Of a stretch of 54,227 nucleotides of DNA, positions 10,346 through 20,468 are shown in pieces. Below the pieces are notes generated by a model. It did not search any database. It was not told the DNA's origin and saw nothing but the letters and a program-made list of their open reading frames with translations. Numbering within the stretch: position 1 is the stretch's first letter; each line of letters starts with the position of its first letter. Source of the DNA: Chlamydiia bacterium (GTDB lineage Bacteria > Chlamydiota > Chlamydiia > Chlamydiales > Rhabdochlamydiaceae). The translations under genes and the position numbers were made by a program. Where the stretch lies: contig CAWDOQ010000008.1 of NCBI GenBank assembly GCA_963804085.1, forward strand, positions 1 through 54,227, in the 5' to 3' direction.

Positions 10346-10740
10346 TGAGATCGATACAACGGCACGCGCTCTACCTCTCTTGGACAGTCGCTTTGTTTGC
10401 AACGCTCATCAGTCTCTATTGGAGCGAGGTGCGCCATATGGAGCCGTGTGCGCTCTGCTGGTACCAGCGTGTTTTTACCTTCTCACTTGTGATCATCTTG
10501 GGAGTGGCAGCCTATCGCTCGGACCGCGCGGTTCTATTCTATGCCAAATTGCTCGCTTATTTGGGCGCTCTCTTTGCGCTCTATCACATTTTCGTTCAAA
10601 AGCTGGGTTGGAAGTTTTGCAAAGTAGGACCCGACTGCAGCGAAGATCTCTTTAACTTCTTTGGCTTTGTGACGGCTCCAATGTTCAGCCTAGCAGCCTT
10701 CTTGCTGATTCTTTTCTTTCTTTATCAAGCCAAGAAGTAG
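10342..10740 (+). CDS. dsbB: Disulfide bond formation protein B
   Basis: PCALCWYQR motif, four TM helices, second Cys pair. Confidence 0.92.
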   Translation: MMRSIQRHALYLSWTVALFATLISLYWSEVRHMEPCALCWYQRVFTFSLVIILGVAAYRSDRAVLFYAKLLAYLGALFALYHIFVQKLGWKFCKVGPDCSEDLFNFFGFVTAPMFSLAAFLLILFFLYQAKK

Positions 10741-11424
10741 GCGCAAGCCCTTCTCTATCTTTTCTATGCACCGGGTGTGGATCGGCGTGCAGAGAAGCCA
10801 GCTCATAAAAAAGAGGGCGATCGAGCCGCTGCCGATGAGCACATCGGATAGCCAGTGTGCTCCCGTTACCAGCCGTGGCATGCAGAGGAAGGCGGCATAA
10901 AAAATTGCAACAAGACCCTGTCTCCATCCGGCAAAGTAGAAAAAGCTGCTCGCAAATAAAAGAGCGGTCGTCGCGTGATCTCCCGGAAAGCTCTTGGGAG
11001 AGCCATCTTTGATGCGCAGCCAGGGGATCTCTTGCGAAAGACGCACGCTTGTGTCAAATGTTAGCGTGGGGCTATCGCGCGGGATGTGTACATAGCTGCG
11101 AAAAAGCATCCGGTTCACAAAGTAGATGATGAGTGCGATCGCAATTGCAGAGAAGATAAACGCCGAGATCTTCCTAAGCCGCATCTCTTTAGGCGAGCGC
11201 AAAACGCTGACAACAAAAAAGGCGAGGATGCATATGTCCTCTATCCAGTCAGCCAGCCTGTGGTTTGCAAAAGCCCAAAAGAGCTGCCAGTTAGGTCTTC
11301 CTTGCAACGACCCGTTAAATAGTTGGAAAAAAGCGGTGTCTAGCCTCTCCCATAGAAAACGTGTAGGCTCCCAGAGAAAAGTTCCGATTAAAAATGCAAT
11401 CAGAAGATGCCAGATAACCAGCAT
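10690..11424 (-). CDS. PAP2-family membrane phosphatase/phosphotransferase (possibly lipid A modifying)
   Basis: RDSP, SFPGDHAT and PRLVTGAHWLSD motifs; start approximate; downstream of lptG. Confidence 0.8.
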   Translation of the reverse strand: MLVIWHLLIAFLIGTFLWEPTRFLWERLDTAFFQLFNGSLQGRPNWQLFWAFANHRLADWIEDICILAFFVVSVLRSPKEMRLRKISAFIFSAIAIALIIYFVNRMLFRSYVHIPRDSPTLTFDTSVRLSQEIPWLRIKDGSPKSFPGDHATTALLFASSFFYFAGWRQGLVAIFYAAFLCMPRLVTGAHWLSDVLIGSGSIALFFMSWLLCTPIHTRCIEKIEKGLRLLLGLIKKEKNQQEGC

Positions 11425-11432
11425 TCGAATGT

Positions 11433-12515
11433 TTATCGTGTTTTTGCGAATTTCCATACAAAAAATGTGCTGCAAAGGGTGAAGGGAATAAAAATGGCGA
11501 TAGCCGGAGAGAGAATCTGGTTCTCTCCCAAAATAACAGAGGCGTTTAAAAGCATACAGAAGGCGATGTAGCCAAAGAGGGCGATCGTATAGATAAAAAA
11601 GAGGGGGATCTTTCTTGCATACTGCACACAAAATGGGGTGCAGGCGATAAGCACGAGGAGCGAAAGGAGCGGCATCATCGCTTTATACCAGAACTGTGTG
11701 GCAGCCTCCCGCTTTTCATAAACCGAGAGCTTCTCTTTATGAAAGCTTAAGCGAAAGAGCTGCGAAAGGCTCTTGTTTTCAAGAGGAATAAACCCTTTTC
11801 GCGGAAGATCTTTTTGCCATTTGATTTCAGGAAAAGATCTCTTGTCAAACGACTCGCTCTTTTCAAAGAACCCCTCTTTATTGCGGATAAGATGGTCGAT
11901 GTAGCTGCCTGTCGGCGCGCCCTGATCTAAAGAGAGGTACTTGATGCGCCAGACCTCGTCCGAGGATTGGAGCCAGATCACATCAAAGAGAGCTGCGTGT
12001 GCCTTGTCGTAAGACTGGTAGAGTAGCTTGGATCTATCTTTAAGCGTAAGCGTTCGGATCGGATGCTTTTTGCCTCCCTCTCTGGAGCGTTTAAAGTGTT
12101 TGTCGTAAAACCTATCGAGGTAGTTCATCGAGGGGGGGAGAAGAAATTCGGTTGCAGCGTAGTTAAAGAGCATGCAGAGAGTCGCGACAATAAAAAGAGG
12201 GCGCATCAACTTTTTAAACTTTAAGCCGGCGACCTGGAGTGCGACCAGCTCTTTATGAATGTTAAAGCTGTAGAGCACCTTAATCGCAGCGACTAAAAGC
12301 GCAAGAGGGACGAGTAGACTTGCGCGCTTGATAAACTGAAAACAGTAGTAGACCACGACGTCGAGGATCTGGATGCGGCTGTCTTTAACAAAATCTTCCA
12401 TGTGCAGCGAGCAGTCGATGCAGGCATAGAGAAAGAAGAAGGAGAAGAGAAAGAGGACCAGAACTTTTAAAAGCTCGCGTGCGAAGTAGCGCTCCCAAAT
12501 TTTGGACATATACAT
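11433..12515 (-). CDS. lptG: LptF/LptG-family LPS export permease
   Basis: IWERYFARE, PLALLVA...ELVALQVAGL; 3 TM + periplasmic domain + 3 TM. Confidence 0.8.
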   Translation of the reverse strand: MYMSKIWERYFARELLKVLVLFLFSFFFLYACIDCSLHMEDFVKDSRIQILDVVVYYCFQFIKRASLLVPLALLVAAIKVLYSFNIHKELVALQVAGLKFKKLMRPLFIVATLCMLFNYAATEFLLPPSMNYLDRFYDKHFKRSREGGKKHPIRTLTLKDRSKLLYQSYDKAHAALFDVIWLQSSDEVWRIKYLSLDQGAPTGSYIDHLIRNKEGFFEKSESFDKRSFPEIKWQKDLPRKGFIPLENKSLSQLFRLSFHKEKLSVYEKREAATQFWYKAMMPLLSLLVLIACTPFCVQYARKIPLFFIYTIALFGYIAFCMLLNASVILGENQILSPAIAIFIPFTLCSTFFVWKFAKTR

Positions 12516-12516
12516 A

Positions 12517-13611
12517 CTATTCGACTCCTTCGGTTACTCTGCGCATCGAGCGGAGCGCCAGTATCACGATGATCGGATGGGGGAGGAGGTAGAGCATACA
12601 TGCATAAAAGGAGGAGCCGCGCATCGATTTTGCCGAAAGAAAACAGACCATAAAACCCGCTGCAAGAGCAATTGCCCAGATAATCCCTTTCTTTGTGTGG
12701 CGCCTGCCGATCTCCATGCCAAAGGCGATGCCGATAAAAGTAAATGTAAACGCAGCGAGGGCATAGGACATGCGGCGCGCGATCTCGATATGCGCCTTTC
12801 CAAACGATGACAAAGAGAAGCTGCCTTGCAGCTTTTCGCGAGCGAGAATAAGGCGCAGCGGGTAGTACTCATAGTTGCTGTGCCACTCCTTGCCGCGCAT
12901 CATCTGAGCGAGGTTGGATGCTTTGGTGAACATCGTCTTCTGGTTTTCGATGACGAGATGGTCAAACCCCTCTTTTTTCGGGTCGGCAGAAGAGATGAAA
13001 GAGACATTTTTCCCTGTGAGATATTCGCCCTCTAAGTAGAGCTCTTTTGCGATCATAAGCCCTAAGCGATTGTTAGAAGCGTTATTGACCACTAAGATCA
13101 CATCCTCAGCACACTGTCCCGACTTTAAAGATTTTAGATCGATATGCACATCTTTGAGTTTTACGAGCGTCTCTTTTTGCAGAAGAAAGAGAGGGTTTTT
13201 CTCTGTCATTTCATAAATTAAATTGCGCGATAATGCTCTACAGCGCGGTGCAAACTCTGAGACGATCGAAAAGTTGAGCAGTGTCAAAAACGAACTTGCT
13301 AAGATGAGAGGAAAGGCGAGCGAGAGAAGACTCAAGCCCCCGCTTCTAAATGCAGTGAGTTCGTGGCTATGGCTAAGCCTCTGGTAAAGGAGCATCGCAG
13401 CGATCAGGCAAGAGATGGGGATCGCTATGGGGAGAATATAGGGAATTTGGTAGCCTGTAAATTGAATGATCGTCCAGACTGGTGCCCCGGATGTCGTGAA
13501 TCTGGCGATCTCTTGAAAACGCGTGACTAGAAGAAGCGAGATAAAGCCGCTCACGCATAAGACAAAGACCTGAAAATAACTTTTAAGCAGGTAGCGCCAC
13601 AAAATAGGCAT
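12517..13611 (-). CDS. lptF: LptF/LptG-family LPS export permease
   Basis: MPILWRYLL, ILPIAIPISCL...LSHSHELTAFRSGGLS. Confidence 0.8.
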   Translation of the reverse strand: MPILWRYLLKSYFQVFVLCVSGFISLLLVTRFQEIARFTTSGAPVWTIIQFTGYQIPYILPIAIPISCLIAAMLLYQRLSHSHELTAFRSGGLSLLSLAFPLILASSFLTLLNFSIVSEFAPRCRALSRNLIYEMTEKNPLFLLQKETLVKLKDVHIDLKSLKSGQCAEDVILVVNNASNNRLGLMIAKELYLEGEYLTGKNVSFISSADPKKEGFDHLVIENQKTMFTKASNLAQMMRGKEWHSNYEYYPLRLILAREKLQGSFSLSSFGKAHIEIARRMSYALAAFTFTFIGIAFGMEIGRRHTKKGIIWAIALAAGFMVCFLSAKSMRGSSFYACMLYLLPHPIIVILALRSMRRVTEGVE

Positions 13612-13641
13612 ATACGTCGTCAATCCTTTTGGGGAAGTTTA

Positions 13642-14586
13642 ATGAATGCCACCCTTTTCTTCACGGTTAAAGAATTTCTCGAGCGTCACCTGAAGCCTGT
13701 AGCTCCTGTTTTGCTCGGCATCTCGGGAGGGCCAGACTCGCTTGCGCTTCTTTATCTCCTCCTGGAATGCAAGGTCCCTATGGACCTACACCTGGCCCAT
13801 ATCGACCATGGCTGGCGTACCGAGAGCAAAGAGGAGGCCAGGCTCTTAGCTAAGATGGCAGAGGAGCACAAACTTCCTTTTCATCTGCATACCCTCGAGG
13901 AACTCCCTACAAATAACTTAGAGGAGCATGGCCGCCAGCAGCGGTTAAATTTTTTTTCTAAGATCTACAAAGAGATCGGGTGCCAAGCGCTCCTTTTGGC
14001 TCACCAAGCAGATGATCAGGCCGAGACAGTTTTCAAGCGTGTCTGCGAAGGAGCTTCTCTTTTCTCAATAGCTGCCATGCAGCCTGTGTCCTCTCTGGAA
14101 GGAATGCAGATCTGGCGCCCTCTTTTGAGCTGCGCTAAAGTTGAGATTTTGAAGTGGCTCGAGAAGAGGGGATACACCCCATTTTGTGATCCAAGCAACC
14201 AAGACCCAAGATTTTTGCGAGCGCGCTTAAGAAACCAGATCCTGCCTCAGTTATCCGAGCAGTTTGGAAAAGAGGTAAGCGGAAGCTTTTTACGCCTGGG
14301 CAATGCAGCCCAAGAGCTCAGTGAGTATATCCATAAAAAAATCGAACCCCACCTGCAAAAAATCAATAGAGAAACACCCATCCTGGACCTCGCCGAAATC
14401 CCCGAAAGAGTCGAACGAAAAGCCCTCATCCGCCATTTCGTCGAGACCTTTGGCGCCAGCATCTCCCACGACACCCTCGAAACCCTCCTTGCCCTCCTCG
14501 AGGCCCGCACCTCGGGCCGCTCCTTCGCCCTCAAAGGCGCCACCCTCACCCTCTCCCATACCCAACTCACTCTGGAACTGCATTAA
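13642..14586 (+). CDS. tilS: tRNA(Ile)-lysidine synthetase
   Basis: SGGPDSLAL PP-loop, DHGWR, AHQADDQAET, RPLL, DPSN. Confidence 0.95.
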   Translation: MNATLFFTVKEFLERHLKPVAPVLLGISGGPDSLALLYLLLECKVPMDLHLAHIDHGWRTESKEEARLLAKMAEEHKLPFHLHTLEELPTNNLEEHGRQQRLNFFSKIYKEIGCQALLLAHQADDQAETVFKRVCEGASLFSIAAMQPVSSLEGMQIWRPLLSCAKVEILKWLEKRGYTPFCDPSNQDPRFLRARLRNQILPQLSEQFGKEVSGSFLRLGNAAQELSEYIHKKIEPHLQKINRETPILDLAEIPERVERKALIRHFVETFGASISHDTLETLLALLEARTSGRSFALKGATLTLSHTQLTLELH

Positions 14587-14756
14587 GGACGGGCCCCAAC
14601 GGACAGAAAGAACTACGGACTAAAACGGACGTGAAACGGACACGAACGGACGGGGCCCAAGATAACTAGCTTAAGTTTCTTTCTTGGCGCACGTCCGTTT
14701 CACGTCCATTTTCGTCCGTTTTTCTTACTTGTCCGTTTTCGTCCGTTAGGCGCCCT
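14587..14756. repeat. Palindromic element of tandem AACGGAC units facing GTCCGTT units
   Basis: Several (a)acGGAC units, a spacer, then several GTCC(g/a)tt units. Confidence 0.8.
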
Positions 14757-14833
14757 CTTTTTACTTCGCCGTGGACGAAAAGCGAGGGGGTACGCTATGC
14801 TCGACCTGTTTAAATTTTCTACCATGGGGTTTT

Positions 14834-15556
14834 ATGGCATCGAACGCATTGAGGGTTACTGCTGCTGTTTTTGGCAATAGATCGGAGTATGTGTCGGAAT
14901 TTCCTGCGGATACTGATTTGGAAATCACAGATGTCGCACCCGGAATTTTGGATAAGCTCTATCAACAAAAGGGAAGTCAGGATAAAAATAAGACTCTTCT
15001 CGTGTTGGCACAGACGATCAATGCAATTTTGGGTAAGGGCATGACTGTTGATCGCCTTGAAACAAACGGGGGTTTTCAGTGGACTGTGAATGAGGCGCGC
15101 ACCTCTTTTTCTATTAGATCGACGGGTGCTCCCTTCCAATTAGAAATCCGACCTGCCGATGTAAAGATGGAGCTGTCAAAAACTGCTAAGTCACATATTG
15201 AGAAAGAGTCGTTGCCAATAGGTATAATGTCTAAGCAGAGACTTGTTATTACTGATATTCCAAAAGATCAGCATCAAAAAATAAGAGAGCTTATTAAGGC
15301 AAACAAAGAAACCTATTGGCCTATACACGAGGCTTTCGCATCTTTAATGCCCCCGGGATACATGGTTTCAATAAAAGGCGGCAAGGACATGACCTTTGAT
15401 TTTAGAGCAGATGGTACCACCGTTGTCTGGAACAAAGTTGGTTTTCGACTCTCCTTTAAGCGTCTACCTCTCCCGAACGTGATTGCGACTAGCGAAGAGA
15501 GAAAGGCAGAGAGCAAAGATAAAGACAACACTGGCAACGAAGGCAAGAAAGCTTAA
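14834..15556 (+). CDS. Hypothetical protein with two copies of a ~85-aa domain
   Basis: ORF with the probable start at ATG 14834; paralogous to 15599..16003. Confidence 0.65.
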   Translation: MASNALRVTAAVFGNRSEYVSEFPADTDLEITDVAPGILDKLYQQKGSQDKNKTLLVLAQTINAILGKGMTVDRLETNGGFQWTVNEARTSFSIRSTGAPFQLEIRPADVKMELSKTAKSHIEKESLPIGIMSKQRLVITDIPKDQHQKIRELIKANKETYWPIHEAFASLMPPGYMVSIKGGKDMTFDFRADGTTVVWNKVGFRLSFKRLPLPNVIATSEERKAESKDKDNTGNEGKKA

Positions 15557-15598
15557 GCACTTATCTGGCAAATTAAATTTTTCTAACATTGGGTTTTT

Positions 15599-16003
15599 AT
15601 GACAAGTTTAGTACAGACGCTACCTGGTGCAACAGAAGTGCGAAGCTGCACTGCTCAGGAATTTGGAAAGGAATTTCCTTCCGATGAGGTTACTTTCCCT
15701 AGCAAGTGTGTTTTTGAAATTACAAATATTGAACAGGGAGTATTGAGTGAACTTTCGCAGTTAAAACAGGGTGGCGATAAGGACAAAGTGCCCGTTGCAA
15801 TTGGAAAAGTGTTCCAAGCGATATTGAAGCCTTATAATGCCTCTCTAGTTTATCTTGCTACAGAAGGAGGATACGATTGGAACGTAGACAATTCCGGCAC
15901 TTTCTCAATTATGTCTGTGGATGCTCCTTTCCATTTAAAAATTGCGCGCTCCGTTGTGTCAGAAGGAAAGCCAGAAGCTAAGCAGGAAGCAAAAACAGCT
16001 TAA
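15599..16003 (+). CDS. Hypothetical protein, paralog of the upstream gene
   Basis: EIT.I..G.L...DK.K...AIL...L.T.GG..W.V...FSI.S..APF.L.I pattern shared with the upstream ORF. Confidence 0.65.
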   Translation: MTSLVQTLPGATEVRSCTAQEFGKEFPSDEVTFPSKCVFEITNIEQGVLSELSQLKQGGDKDKVPVAIGKVFQAILKPYNASLVYLATEGGYDWNVDNSGTFSIMSVDAPFHLKIARSVVSEGKPEAKQEAKTA

Positions 16004-16243
16004 GGCTTATCTGGTCAAAGTTAGACAAGTCGGGTCTTTTAATTATATTAAGTGTAAATTTTAGGCGATTTATTATTTTCTTTTTCAAAAAGAAGACAAA
16101 TTAATCGCCTTTATGCTAAGATCCCGAAATGAGGATGAATAGGACTAAGGCGTTCATCTTCAGATCCTTAATCCATTGACCAAATCGCTTGGAAATGGTT
16201 TACTGCTCACAAACTTTAAAAAACTCGAGTCATAAAAAATTGT

Positions 16244-18973
16244 ATGGGTAGCGAAGACAAAAGACCAGATCCAAAAAGAAGTTTTCCAGGTGGTTTTTTA
16301 ATTTTTCTAGTCGCGATTGTGCTCGTGATTCTCTCCGTACAAAATATGTCGAGTGAGAAAAAGGCGAATGTCGCTTTTAGCTATGAGACAGAACATCTCG
16401 TCAATTTAGACCTCCTCCAAAAAGAGGAGAGCCGCAAGACATCTCTCAACGACAATCTCGTTACCTTTAGCGGTAAATTTCAAGATCGTCTCTCCGATGA
16501 GTCAAAGGCGCGCTACCGCTATCTCGAACTGCTCCATGACAATGAGAGTTTAGCGGCTCAAAAGAACCGTCTTCAGGGGGAGATCCTCTCACTTAAACAA
16601 AGCGTAAAGGATGCAGCTGACCTCTTTTTACATCTGACTGGTTTCGCGATTCCTGCTGGAGGCTATAAAGTAGTCGATTCCGTTTACGACGCTGTGAATC
16701 AAGAAAATGCAGTGGTAATCAAGTCGCTCAGCGACAAAAATATCACAAGTCTTGCCGATCTGGAAAAGCGCGCTGCAAAGCATAGCGAATTAGACTCAGA
16801 TAATTTTGGCAAAGATCTTCTCGTTTTAATCCAAGGATTCCGCTCTCCTACGCTTGGCGTGGGAAGTGAAGCTTTAAAGACCAAATTGCGCGAACAGGAG
16901 CAGGCAGTAGCCCAAGCCAATAGCACGCTTTCCGGCGATGAGCGAACAGCTAGCTACCAGAAAGCATTGGGTGCACTGCGCGCTATCTCAACGGAGATCG
17001 GCCAGGAGCAAGAGGGGATGCGTTTAAACGACCTTCGCAGCGTGCGCAGTTATAAAACCGAGATCGCTCAGCAGAATAAAGTTGCCGAAGACCTCGAAAA
17101 GAATGAAGCTCAGCTAGAAAAATCGCGTCAGCAAGTGGCCGATGTGATCTGGTTTTTTAACAACCAGGAGCTCTCCACACGTGCTCTGGAAAAACAAGAT
17201 CCTGAGGCCTACAACCACTGGTTTTTACAAGCCAAGCAGGAGTGGGATAACTTTGCTGCGAACAAGGGTGCTATCTTCAAGGCGCCCGATCAGCCCCGCA
17301 ACGCCGTTTTAGAAAAGACATTTAAGAGCGAAGAGCCTGCCCCCAACTATTTGGGCTACCTCCTTCCAATGCTCCCGCTCATTTTGATCGTGCTGCTGCT
17401 CTATTTTGGCTTCTCTCGCCAGATGAAGGGAGTCGGCGGTGGAGCGATGACTTTTGGCAAAGCGCCTGCGCGCATGCTCACTAAAGATCGCAATAAAGTG
17501 ACTTTTAAAGATGTGGCTGGCTGCGATGAAGCAAAAGAAGAGCTGCAAGAGATTGTCGATTTTTTAAAAGATCCTTCTAAATACACAGCTCTTGGCGCAC
17601 GTATCCCCAAAGGCGTTCTCTGCGTAGGAGCTCCCGGTACCGGTAAGACGCTTATCGCAAAAGCAGTAGCCGGTGAGGCGGACCGTCCCTTCTTCTCGAT
17701 TTCAGGTTCAGATTTCGTCGAGATGTTTGTAGGCGTGGGCGCAAGTAGAGTGCGCGATCTTTTCGACCAGGCAAAGAAAAATGCGCCTTGCATCATCTTC
17801 ATGGATGAGATCGACGCTGTTGGCCGCCACCGCGGCGCAGGCATTGGCGGCGGACATGATGAGCGTGAACAGACCTTGAACCAGCTCTTAGTTGAGATGG
17901 ATGGCTTTGATACGACAGAAGGGGTAATTCTGATTGCCGCTACCAACCGCCCTGATGTTCTCGACAAAGCGCTTCTGCGTCCGGGTAGATTTGATAGAAG
18001 GATCGTGATCGATCTTCCCGATATCAAGGGACGTTATGAGATCCTCAAAGTGCATGCCAAAAAAATTAAGTTGGACCCTTCGGTCGACCTGATGTCCATC
18101 GCCCGCAACACACCCGGCGGCTCGGGTGCTGATCTTGCAAATATATTAAATGAAGCAGCCCTTCTTGCTGCAAGACGTGGCCGTAACGCTGTGACCGCAC
18201 AAGATGCATCGGAAGCATGCGACAAGGTGCGCTATGGTAAAGAGCGCAGAAGCTTAGAGATCGATCTGGGCGAAAAACGAACAACTGCCTTCCACGAGTC
18301 GGGCCATGCGATTGTGGCGCTTGCCGTCAAGCATGCCGATCCTGTCGACAAGGTGACGATTATTCCTCGCGGCCTATCGCTCGGTGCCACCCACTTCATG
18401 CCCAAGAAAAACCGCGTCAGCTACTGGAAAAAAGAGCTGATCGACCAGCTTGCTGTTCTGATGGGCGGTAGAGCCGCCGAAGAGATATTTGTCGGAGATA
18501 TCTCAAGTGGCGCGCAGATGGACATCTCGCAAGCGACACGCCTTGTACGTAGCATGGTGTGCGAATGGGGTATGACAGATGCTCTTGGCACTGTTGCCTA
18601 TGATGAGAGAAGCGAAAGCGGCCAATACCTCGGCATGCAAGGCTATCAAGATAAGAGCTACTCCGAAGCCACTGCAAAATTGATCGACGACGAGGTGCGC
18701 AAGCTTCTCGACCAGGGGCATGATGCAGCCTTGAAGATCGTCCAAGAGCACCGCGTCCAGCTTCAGGTCATGGCCGAGATGCTGATCGAGTTTGAAACGC
18801 TCGACAAGGACGATGTCCTCGAAATCATGAATGACAAGTGGGATATTGAAAAGAAGCGCAAACGCGTAAAGGCTACCGAAGATCTACAGCGCAAGCTGCC
18901 TCCTCCTCCACCTGCTCCTGAGACACGTGGCTTTCCTAAAGCTTCGGACACCCCTACCCCGCAATCTATCTAA
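16244..18973 (+). CDS. ftsH: ATP-dependent zinc metalloprotease FtsH (long chlamydial periplasmic domain)
   Basis: [41 protein letters not shown]. Confidence 0.98.
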   Translation: MGSEDKRPDPKRSFPGGFLIFLVAIVLVILSVQNMSSEKKANVAFSYETEHLVNLDLLQKEESRKTSLNDNLVTFSGKFQDRLSDESKARYRYLELLHDNESLAAQKNRLQGEILSLKQSVKDAADLFLHLTGFAIPAGGYKVVDSVYDAVNQENAVVIKSLSDKNITSLADLEKRAAKHSELDSDNFGKDLLVLIQGFRSPTLGVGSEALKTKLREQEQAVAQANSTLSGDERTASYQKALGALRAISTEIGQEQEGMRLNDLRSVRSYKTEIAQQNKVAEDLEKNEAQLEKSRQQVADVIWFFNNQELSTRALEKQDPEAYNHWFLQAKQEWDNFAANKGAIFKAPDQPRNAVLEKTFKSEEPAPNYLGYLLPMLPLILIVLLLYFGFSRQMKGVGGGAMTFGKAPARMLTKDRNKVTFKDVAGCDEAKEELQEIVDFLKDPSKYTALGARIPKGVLCVGAPGTGKTLIAKAVAGEADRPFFSISGSDFVEMFVGVGASRVRDLFDQAKKNAPCIIFMDEIDAVGRHRGAGIGGGHDEREQTLNQLLVEMDGFDTTEGVILIAATNRPDVLDKALLRPGRFDRRIVIDLPDIKGRYEILKVHAKKIKLDPSVDLMSIARNTPGGSGADLANILNEAALLAARRGRNAVTAQDASEACDKVRYGKERRSLEIDLGEKRTTAFHESGHAIVALAVKHADPVDKVTIIPRGLSLGATHFMPKKNRVSYWKKELIDQLAVLMGGRAAEEIFVGDISSGAQMDISQATRLVRSMVCEWGMTDALGTVAYDERSESGQYLGMQGYQDKSYSEATAKLIDDEVRKLLDQGHDAALKIVQEHRVQLQVMAEMLIEFETLDKDDVLEIMNDKWDIEKKRKRVKATEDLQRKLPPPPPAPETRGFPKASDTPTPQSI

Positions 18974-19095
18974 AGTCAGAACGCAGAACGCGGAATGCAG
19001 AACTTAAGATAAAGTCAAAACGCAAAGACGAAAAAAGAAAATGGTTTGTTAAAATCATTGCGTCTCTGCGACTCCGCGTCTTTGCGTTGAATCTT
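18974..19095. repeat. Heptamer run plus a CGCAAAGAC...GTCTTTGCG palindromic element
   Basis: aagtcag-aacgcag-aacgcgg-aatgcag, then aacgcaaagacg ... gcgtctctgcgactccgcgtctttgcgtt. Confidence 0.7.
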
Positions 19096-19107
19096 AGGGA
19101 TTAGAGT

Positions 19108-19377
19108 TTATCTGTAGATTTCTTTTCGGTGGCCGACTTCAATGACAAGAACGAGCAGTATGTCATCATTGATGGTGTAGATGACGCGATAATCGCCTGC
19201 GCGGATACGATAGAGAGGGGTATTGCCGCTACCATGCAGCTTTTTACAGCCTTCGGGCCTTGGATCGATTCCTAATGCTAGAACTTTTGCGCTGATTTGT
19301 TTTTGAGCATAGGCGGGTATCTTTTCGAGATCTTTGAGATATTTCTTGTTGAACTGTATCTTATACTTCGCTGTCAT
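19108..19377 (-). CDS. relE: Type II toxin, RelE/ParE family
   Basis: DPRPEGCKKL...YRIRAGDYRVIY...VIEVGHRKEIYR. Confidence 0.9.
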   Translation of the reverse strand: MTAKYKIQFNKKYLKDLEKIPAYAQKQISAKVLALGIDPRPEGCKKLHGSGNTPLYRIRAGDYRVIYTINDDILLVLVIEVGHRKEIYR

Positions 19378-19618
19378 CCTCTTCCCAGCCAGCTAATTTG
19401 CGCGCTTTTTTGAAAGAGATGTTCTCCTTCTCATCCATTTCTTTCAATCTTTTACGCGCCTTTCTGCTTAGCATGTGATCTTCATACTCCTCTATAGCTT
19501 TTAGGAGAAGATCCGTTGCAAATTCCTTAAGGGAGAGTCCTTTGTCTGCGCACAGCATTTTAAGATAAGGGTATTCCTTCCTTGGAAAGTCGAAGTTTAG
19601 TCTCACCATGTTTTTCAT
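19361..19618 (-). CDS. Antitoxin (ribbon-helix-helix-like) of the RelE module
   Basis: MKNMVRLNFDFP...IEEYED; AGAGG RBS; overlaps the toxin start. Confidence 0.8.
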   Translation of the reverse strand: MKNMVRLNFDFPRKEYPYLKMLCADKGLSLKEFATDLLLKAIEEYEDHMLSRKARKRLKEMDEKENISFKKARKLAGWEEDDSEV

Positions 19619-19725
19619 TTGTCTACCTCTTTTCTTGCATCTTATCAAATAGGAGTAAATGAGTAAAGGAGTGAATGAGTAAAAGATAGGTAGGGGGGTG
19701 TATAATCCCCCCTCATCTATAAAAC

Positions 19726-19890
19726 AGATCTCAACGCAAAGACGCAAAGAAGTGGACGGAAACGCCCGCGGAAGAGGAATGGATGGCATGGACAAAGAAT
19801 GGACTAAAATGGACCGGAAATGGACGCGGGCCTAAGAAAGAAATTGTCCATTGGGGCGTTGTCCGTTTTCGTCCATTAGCCCCATCCTCC
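19726..19890. repeat. CGCAAAGAC arm followed by a TGGAC/GTCCA palindromic element
   Basis: agatctcaacgcaaagacgcaaag, then repeated atGGAC units and GTCC(a/g)tt units. Confidence 0.7.
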
Positions 19891-19947
19891 TCTTCTTCTT
19901 GTAAAGAAATCATTTTAATTCGATCATAGAGGAAACGGGAGGTTTTT

Positions 19948-20295
19948 ATGCCAATACGTGGAGTAGGATCTTTTGGAGCACCAGCACCTAACATGGATCC
20001 AAAAACTCAGGCGCAAGTAGATGTGGCTGCTATGCAACATCTTGTAGATGATTTACATAAAGCTCTGGAAGAAGGTAACATGCCTCTCGCACAACAACTT
20101 GCGAACACACTAGCAAACGTTGCCAAGGATCTACAAAATAATTCGTCTACTTTTCCACAAAATATCCAAGACTTGATCAACGACATAGCTACAAAAGCCA
20201 CTAACATCAGCCAGAAACTAGAGACGGTTAGTCTTTCGTATCTTGATGTGTTCCATGGCGAACTTGATGTGGTTGGCAAGTATCTCAACAAATAA
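19948..20295 (+). CDS. Hypothetical helical protein
   Basis: GGAGG RBS, 115-aa ORF rich in N/Q/D/A; flanked on both sides by GGAC/GTCC elements. Confidence 0.6.
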   Translation: MPIRGVGSFGAPAPNMDPKTQAQVDVAAMQHLVDDLHKALEEGNMPLAQQLANTLANVAKDLQNNSSTFPQNIQDLINDIATKATNISQKLETVSLSYLDVFHGELDVVGKYLNK

Positions 20296-20306
20296 ACGTG
20301 CGAAGA

Positions 20307-20467
20307 AAGAGCGCAAAGAAGACCCCTAGTGGACAAAAGATGGTGGACTAAAGTGGACGATGTGGACTAAGTGGACGGGGTTCTCTTCGCATTAGTTTTC
20401 TTAGCGCTGTCCACCAAGTCCACTCTTTGTCCACTTCGTCCACAAAGTCCACTTCTTAGCGCTCTCT
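20307..20467. repeat. GTGGAC/GTCCAC palindromic element
   Basis: Five GTGGAC units facing five GTCCAC units, bounded by agagcgc...gcgctct. Confidence 0.85.
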
Positions 20468-20468
20468 T

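Noticed and set aside
17401-18027. Long antisense ORFs (also 25561..26265, 27634..28176, 27884..28537, 32583..33227, 52550..52984)
   Set aside because: Shadows of well-supported genes on the opposite strand; no motifs of their own.
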